A program made the translations under genes and the position numbers. A DNA stretch of 41,360 nt from a phage, in assembly GCA_027217645.1 (NCBI GenBank), contig GCA_027217645.1_4344.1; one strand, written 5' to 3'. The notes beneath the pieces were generated by a model. That model saw only the letters and a list, made by a program, of their open reading frames with translations, was not told the DNA's origin and made no database searches. Shown in pieces: positions 14,416-22,784 of the stretch (the first letter of the stretch is position 1; every line of letters starts with the position of its first letter).

Positions 14416-15832
14416 GTTTCAAAGGCGCGAATACCAGAAGCTCATGACCTCGTTCATGTTGCAGCACCATCGCTGTAATATTTGGGCGAGCATGGGCGCC
14501 GGGAAGACTGGCAGCGTCCTGTGGGCTTTAAACCGCCTGTTCCGCAACGGGCAACTTACGGACGACGACCGCGTGTTAATTCTCGCCCCGTTGCGCGTTG
14601 CGTCCGGTACGTGGCCCGCAGAACAAGAGAAATGGCAATTCCCTTGTCTGCGTGTCATCGATGCAACCGGTTCTGAGAAGCGCCGCATCGCGGCACTGGA
14701 GTCTGATGCTAACGTGGTGTGCACTAACTACGAAGTTATTGAGTGGCTGATTGACTACTACGGCAAAGACGACTGGCCTTTTACGGTTATCGTTGCTGAT
14801 GAGAGCACGAAGCTGAAATCATTCCGCAGCCGTTCAGGTGGGAGCAAGCGGGCTAAGGCGCTAAGCAAAGTGGCGTTCGGTAAGGTTAAGCGCTTCATTA
14901 ACCTTACAGGCACACCATCGCCTAACGGCCTCAAGGACCTGTGGGGTCAGAACTGGTTTATCGACGCCGGCGAGCGCCTCGGTTCATCGTACACAGCATT
15001 CACCGACCGCTGGTTTAACTCGGTACAGAAAGGTAAGTCAGCGATGGCGCGTGAGTATCATGCGCGCCCGGGTGCGGATAATGAGATTCATCAGAAGATG
15101 AAAGACATCAGTCTCACGATTGACGCCGCCGAGTGGTTCGGATGTGAAGCGCCGATTATTGTACCGGTTGAAATCGACCTGCCGAAGAAGGCGCGCCAGG
15201 CGTACATTGATATGGAGGAGAAGCTATTCGCGGAACTGGAGAGCGGAGAAGTTGAAGCGGCTAATGCGGCAGCGAAGACGTCGAAGTGCCTACAGATTGC
15301 ATCCGGTGCCGTGTATGTGTCAGGGCCAGACGGTGAAGCAACGAAAGACTGGGAGAAAGTGCACGACACGAAACTGGATGCGCTCGAGTCCATTGTTGAG
15401 GAGTTACAGGGGGCGCCGTTACTGGTCGCCTATCAGTTCAAGCACGAACTGGAGCGCATCCTCAAGCGCTTCCCGCAGGCGCAGGCTTTTGCAAAAGGCG
15501 CGAAGGGCAATAAGCAGATGGAAGCGTGGAACCGTGGCGAAATCGAAATCCTATGCGTGCACCCCGCGTCAGCCGGCCATGGTTTGAATTTACAGGACGG
15601 CGGACATCATCTGGCGTTTATTTCGCAAGGCTGGAACCTTGAGCACTATTTGCAGGTTGTCGAGCGTATAGGCCCGGTGCGCCAGAAGCAGGCGGGCCAC
15701 GAGCGACCAGTGTTCCTCTATCACATCGTTGCTAAAGACACGCTGGACGAGGTTGTTGCCTCGCGTACTGACGAGAAGAAATCGGTCCAGGAAGAGTTGC
15801 TTAATTACATGAAGAGACGAGGTAAGAAATGA
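14408..15832 (+). CDS. SNF2-family (DEAD/DEAH-like) helicase
   Basis: Track ORF 474 aa; Walker A MGAGKTG, DEAH-like VIVADESTKL, helicase C-terminal region HPASAGHGLNLQ. Confidence 0.8.
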   Translation: MSKFQRREYQKLMTSFMLQHHRCNIWASMGAGKTGSVLWALNRLFRNGQLTDDDRVLILAPLRVASGTWPAEQEKWQFPCLRVIDATGSEKRRIAALESDANVVCTNYEVIEWLIDYYGKDDWPFTVIVADESTKLKSFRSRSGGSKRAKALSKVAFGKVKRFINLTGTPSPNGLKDLWGQNWFIDAGERLGSSYTAFTDRWFNSVQKGKSAMAREYHARPGADNEIHQKMKDISLTIDAAEWFGCEAPIIVPVEIDLPKKARQAYIDMEEKLFAELESGEVEAANAAAKTSKCLQIASGAVYVSGPDGEATKDWEKVHDTKLDALESIVEELQGAPLLVAYQFKHELERILKRFPQAQAFAKGAKGNKQMEAWNRGEIEILCVHPASAGHGLNLQDGGHHLAFISQGWNLEHYLQVVERIGPVRQKQAGHERPVFLYHIVAKDTLDEVVASRTDEKKSVQEELLNYMKRRGKK

Positions 15833-15966
15833 ACATCATAGCCCCGATTCCGGCATTGCAAAAACGTATCAAGGAACTTGAGGAGGAGGTTCTACGACTA
15901 CGGCAGCAAAGAGACGCCGCTAATGCGCAACTGGCGTTTGTACTGGAGAAGTTATCAGAAGAGTAG
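15829..15966 (+). CDS. Small coiled-coil protein (45 aa), not in the ORF track
   Basis: Hand translation MNIIAPIPALQKRIKELEEEVLRLRQQRDAANAQLAF...; ATG overlaps the helicase stop; ends just before the terminator. Confidence 0.3.
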   Translation: MNIIAPIPALQKRIKELEEEVLRLRQQRDAANAQLAFVLEKLSEE

Positions 15967-15968
15967 AG

Positions 15969-15999
15969 AAAAGGCCCCGTTTGGGGCCTTAGTTTTATG
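15969..15999. terminator. Bidirectional rho-independent terminator between convergent operons
   Basis: Seen in sequence: GGCCCC-GTTT-GGGGCC hairpin flanked by A run on one side and T run on the other; the 31 bp AAAAGGCCCCGTTTGGGGCCTTAGTTTTATG is identical to 28397-28427; tail-fibre stop codon lies in the T tract. Confidence 0.7.
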
Positions 16000-17944
16000 G
16001 CCTAAGATATCTTATTGCGATCTGGCCTGTGAGGGTGACAGGGGAGGTGTTGTTGTTCCTGATATAAACATTAACACTCCCAGATGCGCCTGAGGGACGC
16101 ACAACATCTATAGTGCAACCATTCACCCCTGTTGACGAGTCAGCCATCAGGAAATCCTGATATTGCACGCCAGGCAGGGTTACAGTGCCAATCAATGCAA
16201 CCGCACCAGCGGCAATCGTAACAGAATTGTAATCCACATACACAGGCGAGGACACGCCGTTATGGAACACCGCACCCGCGGTCAAGCCACCAATTACCGC
16301 ACTTGGCGTTCTGTCGATTCTGCTGGTACTGTCTGTCGACATGCTGTAATTGAAAGATGACCCAGCCACAGCCGGTAGCCCGCTGGCCGAAACATTGACG
16401 ATACTTCCGCTCTTGGCGTTAAATAAATACGTATTCGCGCCCGAGCTTTTCACATTGGCGGCATCCGCAGAGAGGGCTACTCCCTTTATGTCTGCCGTGG
16501 AGTTTATAATCTCAAATAGATATGCTTCTCCGGTAGTTAACGTATTAAGCCAGGACGGAATTGACATGCCGTTAAGCACAAACCCAACGCAGTTTTCAAT
16601 AACAAAATCCCCACGTCCTGAAACGTCAATTTTACTGGCTTCATGCTGCATCCCATTAATTGTGACGCCTGGGCATCCTTTGAAGTAAATAGGTTTAATG
16701 TTGCCGATGATGCTTGTGCCGTCGTAGGCGCAGTTCTCAAAGGTGGCGCATTGACTATCTTGCATATCCCACGAGCCGTAGCAGTCCAGTGCGTAACAAG
16801 AACTGTATTTTACGGTAGTTCCGTACTGCTTTTTAAACCCAACATAGCAGTCCCATGCCCAGCAGTTCCTGTACTCCATTAAATATGTAGACGTTACATC
16901 ATAGAAGCCCCAATAAGCACCACGGACAATGACGTTTTCTACTATAAATTTGGTCGCGCCATTAGCAAGCGGATCAATAGACGTGTCGGACGTACCGAAG
17001 TTAACCCCTTTTGCATTTCCAGTGGTTATAGTTGGTTTCCCTGCTTGATAATTAATCCAAAAGTTACGGATAATACCTCCTGGCTGATACCCAGTAGGAG
17101 CATGCTCAAATGCTGCATGGTCGCCTGTACACTGGATGATAGTACCGTAGGAGCCATTTGGATAAGTTCCGGCGCCTTCGATGGTCTGAGTACCAAAGAT
17201 AAGAGGTGCATTGATTATTATTGTGCCTACCGGGAAGACTACATGTTGTAGTGTTGCCAGCGCTTTGTTAGCGGCATCGGTGTCATCCGTGCTCCCGTTT
17301 GCCGTAACTCCGAACCAGCGGGCGTCGACAGGCCCTGTATAACTGCGCTTCCAGCGACGGCCGGACGCATCGACCAGCACAGTTCCGTCATTGTCTGGGG
17401 TTGTCGTATCGGATGAATCTGCGAAGAAATACCCAGAAGCATTATCAAAAATAGAGCTTCTACCGTAGCAGTTAATGCGGTCCGCCGGGCCTGTATATGC
17501 GCGGATATCGGCGTAGTTTGCTGCGCCGATATTATATATACCATCCAATCCAGACAAATCGTCCCTCAAATATGGGTCAGTCCGTGGTTTCCAGTTAGCG
17601 TTTCCTACTGGGTTAAACGATGCGGGGGCAACAACCGGCAACGTACCCGCATACGAGTACCACGTCTTGCTTACAGGGTCATACACTACTTTGTCGCGGT
17701 CATTAACTGTTAATGTACCACCGGTGGAAAAGTCCCACGATACGGGAGAAAAACCAGCATCACGCAACACGGCAGGTAACGTCTTCTGGGTCTGTCCAGT
17801 AACCTGATTTGTCGCGTAATCGATATCAGAGCCACCAGCAACGCCGCCGGATTTACCAGTGATAACCTCGGCTTCAAAAATTTGGTGTTTCTTGGCGGTC
17901 TGTAAATCCGCCAGGCTTAAAACGTCACCGCATCCGCTTGACAT
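15995..17944 (-). CDS. Tail fibre or tailspike (receptor-binding protein)
   Basis: Track ORF 649 aa; last gene of the tail module after the J-like protein; Gly/Asn/Ser/Thr-rich as in beta-helical fibres; AAGAGGA RBS. Fold and any enzymatic activity not established. Confidence 0.6.
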   Translation of the reverse strand: MSSGCGDVLSLADLQTAKKHQIFEAEVITGKSGGVAGGSDIDYATNQVTGQTQKTLPAVLRDAGFSPVSWDFSTGGTLTVNDRDKVVYDPVSKTWYSYAGTLPVVAPASFNPVGNANWKPRTDPYLRDDLSGLDGIYNIGAANYADIRAYTGPADRINCYGRSSIFDNASGYFFADSSDTTTPDNDGTVLVDASGRRWKRSYTGPVDARWFGVTANGSTDDTDAANKALATLQHVVFPVGTIIINAPLIFGTQTIEGAGTYPNGSYGTIIQCTGDHAAFEHAPTGYQPGGIIRNFWINYQAGKPTITTGNAKGVNFGTSDTSIDPLANGATKFIVENVIVRGAYWGFYDVTSTYLMEYRNCWAWDCYVGFKKQYGTTVKYSSCYALDCYGSWDMQDSQCATFENCAYDGTSIIGNIKPIYFKGCPGVTINGMQHEASKIDVSGRGDFVIENCVGFVLNGMSIPSWLNTLTTGEAYLFEIINSTADIKGVALSADAANVKSSGANTYLFNAKSGSIVNVSASGLPAVAGSSFNYSMSTDSTSRIDRTPSAVIGGLTAGAVFHNGVSSPVYVDYNSVTIAAGAVALIGTVTLPGVQYQDFLMADSSTGVNGCTIDVVRPSGASGSVNVYIRNNNTSPVTLTGQIAIRYLRP

Positions 17945-17956
17945 ATAGAGTCCTCT

Positions 17957-20512
17957 TTAATTAAAACCATTGCTGAATCCGTCGGAGAAACCGCTGCCGT
18001 ATGGCGCGACGCCGTCGTATTTATAGAATCCGTCGTCATAGTTGTAGCCAGTAATCTTGACCGTGCGGTCGTCGCCAGGGTCGATTGAAGAAACAACTAT
18101 CTTCTGGGCATTATGCCTTGCTTCGTTGCCGAATGAAAACTCAGTTTTTAGTGCGCTATTCCCCGTGTAGATTGCCTCCTCCGGCGCGGAGAGCATAATC
18201 ACTTCGCGGTCGTGTCTTCCTTTGATGACAGAGATACTCTGCACTGAGCCATCGCGCTTCTTAAGAATGATGGAGTGGTCGTCGCCAGGAGTAAACGTAA
18301 CAGGCTGGGATAGCGTAAGTGTAAGCCCGTTAACGGCAACAACATAGCCGTCCTGTGGCGCGATACGTGAACCTTTAACTACGCTGATTACCCCACCGGG
18401 CGTAGCGAGCGCACCTTCTTCCGTAGCTTCGAACTCTACAACAACTTTACTTAACGCATTGCGCTGATAGCGACGCCACGCCAGCCAATATGCCTGTTGG
18501 TAGTTACGCACGCCCTTTGATTCGTATTCCTCCGTATTTGCACCCAGTTCTTCCGGGATGTAAATCGTTTCCTGTACGTTAGTATCCGGGTCGATGTATG
18601 AGAACGACAGGCTATCGTAGGTTGTCGAATCGTTGAACGTGCGGGTCCATTTCTCGGTACCGGTAGTTTTGCTGCGGTGGGTGAACACCATTTCAGGCCC
18701 CGCGACAGGACGGTCGAATCGCAGCATAATATCCGCACCTTTACGGTACGCAGTACAGAACACGGCTTCAGCTATGGCCTGAACAATGTCCTGCATCGTC
18801 GTGTCGTAGTCGTCGAACGTGTAGCAGAATTGCCCGGCTAATTCGCTGCCAAAATAAGATTCAATCTCTTCCTGCACAGCAAGTAACTTGTCCATGTTTG
18901 CCGTTGTCAGCTCCAGATTACCAACCGCCGGGTCACGCGCCAGTCTGATTAGCGACTGCACCGCCTGTGTATTAGGCGTCATTACTGTATCGAATACCCC
19001 ATTGCCGAGGTATTTGTAACACATCTCGGTCGCAATCATGCGCAGTTCTGGGTTGTCGATACTGGCGGCACGCGGCGTCTGTTTACGTGCGCAATGCACG
19101 GTAGTTCGGTTGCCGTAGTGTGGGGTTGTGTCCAGCGACTGCCCGTACAGGTTGATGAAGGTTATCTCGTCGCTTACTGTACCGTTGTAGTCCTTATCAA
19201 AATTCGTTATACGGCGCATACGGGCGCGGAAACGCGATGCAGTAGGCAATTGCCCGTAGATAGACGTACCGACGTAACCCGTGCTATTACCGGTAATTGT
19301 AGCCTGTACTGTGTAAATATCGCTCAATGGGTTGCGCCGAGAGTCAATCATCTGGTACTGGAGTTCTACCGTTACGCTGGTGCGATTATAGCCACCGTCG
19401 TATTTGTAGAGGCCGTTCTGCCCGGCAACGTTAGCAAGTACTCGGTCAACTTCTCCGCGCACCATGTAATACCAGTCGGTAAGGGATACGTCATAGGTGT
19501 TGCTCGGGCCCATAAACGTATCTGAACGCTCTGTTAACGTGTACGTCTGCCCGCTGGTCAACGCCGCCCAGTTAGACGCACCGTTTACCGCTAATCTTAC
19601 TTCGAAGTCGTCAACGTATAAAACCGCAAACGAGCCGTTCAGGTTAGTGACATCAGCAACGTCAAAGTTGCTCAGCACCGCGACATCACCAACACTAAGA
19701 AACTCAGAAAAAGCAGAGACGCCTGACGGATCATAGATGTAGCCAGTGTTTGAAATACGTTTAGCTGTGCCGTCGGCGCTTGGGTTAGCTCCGATGTCGT
19801 TTGGCGCTTTCAGCACAATACCGTCAACGTCGTCGTTGGAGTATGTCACATAGAGTTTCTGGTCAATGACGTCGCCGATTTGTAGTTGCGGAGATGCGGT
19901 GTTGTTCGGTGACGTATACGGCGCATATACGGCAACAGATGAACCTGTGATGTCGCTTATCAGGGTGTCGCCTTCCGTTACGCCATCAGCCTCAATATGC
20001 AGATGCCCACGCCCCGCGTCATAATACGAATACTCCAGCAAAGCACCCGTGGAGTTGAACGCTTTATACGTCTGCATCAGGTCATTAGGGATTGTCTGCA
20101 CAGTCCCGCAGATGTCATAGGAGCGCTCGTAAGGGCGTGGTTTGTTTGAGCGGTCTGCGAGGCTGTTATTTGGTGATGTTGTCTGGTTGTTAGTCGCCGT
20201 GTAGTTGGCGTTGGCGGCCGTGTTCAGGCCAAACAACTTGGCGATTGGCTTAAGGATAAAACCAAACACCTTACTAACCGCACCGAGCGCCCCGCTACCC
20301 GCACCCTCAATAATGTGGTACACAGCGTCTTCATCTTTAAGCGCGTCGAAGTCGTCCGTTACGTCTGTATCATCGCCAATCTCACCGAGGTAGACGCGCA
20401 CCGGCACGCCGTCAGGGATACGACTAACGACAAACTCCATCGGCATCCCGACGTGTTTTGTACGGCCGAAAGCGCCATCAGCGTTTCGCGTGTAGTGCAG
20501 AATTATCGCCAA
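17957..20512 (-). CDS. Tail tip / host specificity protein (lambda J-like)
   Basis: Track ORF 851 aa; size and position after the NlpC/P60-like K-like gene and before the fibre; TTG start per track. Confidence 0.5.
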   Translation of the reverse strand: MAIILHYTRNADGAFGRTKHVGMPMEFVVSRIPDGVPVRVYLGEIGDDTDVTDDFDALKDEDAVYHIIEGAGSGALGAVSKVFGFILKPIAKLFGLNTAANANYTATNNQTTSPNNSLADRSNKPRPYERSYDICGTVQTIPNDLMQTYKAFNSTGALLEYSYYDAGRGHLHIEADGVTEGDTLISDITGSSVAVYAPYTSPNNTASPQLQIGDVIDQKLYVTYSNDDVDGIVLKAPNDIGANPSADGTAKRISNTGYIYDPSGVSAFSEFLSVGDVAVLSNFDVADVTNLNGSFAVLYVDDFEVRLAVNGASNWAALTSGQTYTLTERSDTFMGPSNTYDVSLTDWYYMVRGEVDRVLANVAGQNGLYKYDGGYNRTSVTVELQYQMIDSRRNPLSDIYTVQATITGNSTGYVGTSIYGQLPTASRFRARMRRITNFDKDYNGTVSDEITFINLYGQSLDTTPHYGNRTTVHCARKQTPRAASIDNPELRMIATEMCYKYLGNGVFDTVMTPNTQAVQSLIRLARDPAVGNLELTTANMDKLLAVQEEIESYFGSELAGQFCYTFDDYDTTMQDIVQAIAEAVFCTAYRKGADIMLRFDRPVAGPEMVFTHRSKTTGTEKWTRTFNDSTTYDSLSFSYIDPDTNVQETIYIPEELGANTEEYESKGVRNYQQAYWLAWRRYQRNALSKVVVEFEATEEGALATPGGVISVVKGSRIAPQDGYVVAVNGLTLTLSQPVTFTPGDDHSIILKKRDGSVQSISVIKGRHDREVIMLSAPEEAIYTGNSALKTEFSFGNEARHNAQKIVVSSIDPGDDRTVKITGYNYDDGFYKYDGVAPYGSGFSDGFSNGFN

Positions 20513-20868
20513 AATTCAATCTCCGTGTACGTGTCTCTGAGGTCCGCCAGCCTGTCCAGCCGTACCTGACGTGAAGCAAGTTCGCAATGGCTAACCATCC
20601 CGTCGAAGTAAACTCCCGCGTGCCACACAATACGACCGCCACGGCGATACCCCATAAGCACCGCACAGAAGTTTTCAGGCTTATCAATTTTCGTAAGCCC
20701 CTTCGTGTTGCGGTGGCCTTCGTCAAACGCGTCGTTAATTGCCGTTGGGCTTGTAACGTCGAACGCCGGGGTTTCTAACCCGGCATCCGCGCGGACAATG
20801 CGCACATGGTGCCAGCAATTACGTTTGCGAAAGTCGTAAGGTATTCCCGTGTAGTCGTTAATATTCAT
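20503..20868 (-). CDS. Tail assembly protein with NlpC/P60-like fold (lambda K-like)
   Basis: Track ORF 121 aa; conserved Cys and His (NCWHHV...HAGVYF...SHCE); ATGA overlap with upstream gene. Confidence 0.55.
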   Translation of the reverse strand: MNINDYTGIPYDFRKRNCWHHVRIVRADAGLETPAFDVTSPTAINDAFDEGHRNTKGLTKIDKPENFCAVLMGYRRGGRIVWHAGVYFDGMVSHCELASRQVRLDRLADLRDTYTEIEFWR

Positions 20869-21380
20869 GTGGTCAACAGGCCGCGCAATAACGGTATCTC
20901 TTTAGGTGTCATCAGTATACCAGTGCTCCGTTGGTTCAGCATAGGTGTACCGACATCTGCGGAGAACTCGCCTTTCTCCTGGTTGATAGCCTGTAACTCG
21001 TACACGACCGGGCCGTCCGCCGGATAAGACAGGTCGGTACTGACATAACGGCGGAAGACGAATTTCGGCAACTCGGTGTTACTCATCGGGATTTTATCCA
21101 TCTCATCATCCAGTTGATTGAGAATATCCGGTAGAGTAAACGTGGTAGTCTGGTCCATATCACTGTTGTTAGCAGCCCCCGACGCTTCCATCGGGGTGGG
21201 TTCGAATGTGATAGTTTCGCCGGTTTCCAGTGTCGCCGTAAGTTCCTGCAGCCCGCGCACAAGATAGTACGTCTTCGACAGCAACGGGTGGCTGATTTGC
21301 AACGTTACGTAGTCCATCTCGCCGTCTGGATTTGATGCCAACTTACGGCGATAGGCAGCTTCTACTGATTCCTGACTCAT
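20865..21380 (-). CDS. Minor tail protein (lambda L-like position)
   Basis: Track ORF 171 aa; assigned by gene order between the distal tail protein and the K-like gene. Confidence 0.45.
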   Translation of the reverse strand: MSQESVEAAYRRKLASNPDGEMDYVTLQISHPLLSKTYYLVRGLQELTATLETGETITFEPTPMEASGAANNSDMDQTTTFTLPDILNQLDDEMDKIPMSNTELPKFVFRRYVSTDLSYPADGPVVYELQAINQEKGEFSADVGTPMLNQRSTGILMTPKEIPLLRGLLTT

Positions 21381-21383
21381 AAA

Positions 21384-22784
21384 TTAACCGTCCACATTAA
21401 AATCAATACGGGTGATGTATTTACTACCCCACGCAGAATCCGCCTGTGGGATGGTGGCGTAACCGTCAACAGCCTGAACGTCTACCACAGAGCCGTCGGA
21501 GTAGGTAATGCCGATGCTTGTTGCGCCGTTCATTACTACTTTTGCCGATGCCGCGGGGCGTGTTACAGGAGACGCCGCCGTAATTATTGGTGATGTTGTA
21601 TTTTGGTTTACCTCTACAGTAGCCGCGGATAATTTAATCCCTGAAACGCCATCCCCCGTAAATGACCCGGTAACTCCGTCTGAATATATCCATGCGTCCA
21701 TCCGTATGCTCATTGTTTTATCTTCTGTCGCGTTGACCGTCTCCGATATTCGGAACCACCCTCCGCCTACGTCGGTTACATCTGTACCGCCTGGGCCGGA
21801 ATAAATGCTACCATCCCGCAAATCTACAACTGCTGAGCCTAATACTGTAGGAAGTTCTCGCACGTGCATCCGTATGAAATTGTATCCGTTTGCTTTTGCG
21901 AAGAAACTAAAAGTCACCTTGTCGCCAACACCGACGCTAACATCTACAGTCTGGTTTATTAGGTGGTTACCGCTTGTGGCGGTAGCAGTTACGTCGTACG
22001 TGCCCGCGGCTGTTAAAACACCTGTTTCAGATACTGATACCCTAACCAAACCTTTGTTCCAGTTTGACGAAGAGAAATTGCTTGAATATAGGAATCTGTT
22101 AGTTACTGATACCTCTGGCGGCACACGCCCGACAGCAACCCCGTCAATAAACGTAAGAGGCCATTCATTGACGACGGACTGCACAAGATTACCGTTGTGG
22201 TTGATGTAATAAACCTGCGGCCCCTCATAAACAATGCGGCTATCAAGCGTAGATGCCAGCATGTTAATCGGCGGATATCCGGCAGGACCTTCATCGCTCC
22301 AGATGCGAGGGAACGTCGTCTCATAGTTCGCGTATATTTTCAGGAAACTACCCAGACAATCCCCGTAACAGCCGTACAAATCTGGCAGATTGTTAATCAG
22401 GCACTGGTTCTCAAGGTCCTGGAACGGCGATTTCTCGGCGGTTGCCGTGAAGGTGATTGTCCAGTTAATCCCGTCTTCGGTGGACTCGGCGATAGTGGAC
22501 GTAATGGTTACCTGATAATCTTCGATGCCCATGCCGAAGTCGTGCGCCATCCAGAAACTTGACGCACCGCCGTCTACTTTTTCGAGGAACGACAGAAACG
22601 CCTGTCGCCCCATTGCGGATGTAATCAGGGTTACGCTAACAGGGAACACGTCGTAATACGTGTCACGGCCCTGACGCACCCCGCCACCGGCTAAATCTAC
22701 ACTCCAGACGTTGTTACGTCTGGTCATTGAGTAGCCTTTCGATACAATTGGCTTAAGGCTACGTGGGAAATATAAGTCGCTCAT
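21384..22784 (-). CDS. Minor/distal tail protein
   Basis: Track ORF 466 aa; immediately downstream of the tape measure gene with TAATG overlap. Confidence 0.5.
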   Translation of the reverse strand: MSDLYFPRSLKPIVSKGYSMTRRNNVWSVDLAGGGVRQGRDTYYDVFPVSVTLITSAMGRQAFLSFLEKVDGGASSFWMAHDFGMGIEDYQVTITSTIAESTEDGINWTITFTATAEKSPFQDLENQCLINNLPDLYGCYGDCLGSFLKIYANYETTFPRIWSDEGPAGYPPINMLASTLDSRIVYEGPQVYYINHNGNLVQSVVNEWPLTFIDGVAVGRVPPEVSVTNRFLYSSNFSSSNWNKGLVRVSVSETGVLTAAGTYDVTATATSGNHLINQTVDVSVGVGDKVTFSFFAKANGYNFIRMHVRELPTVLGSAVVDLRDGSIYSGPGGTDVTDVGGGWFRISETVNATEDKTMSIRMDAWIYSDGVTGSFTGDGVSGIKLSAATVEVNQNTTSPIITAASPVTRPAASAKVVMNGATSIGITYSDGSVVDVQAVDGYATIPQADSAWGSKYITRIDFNVDG

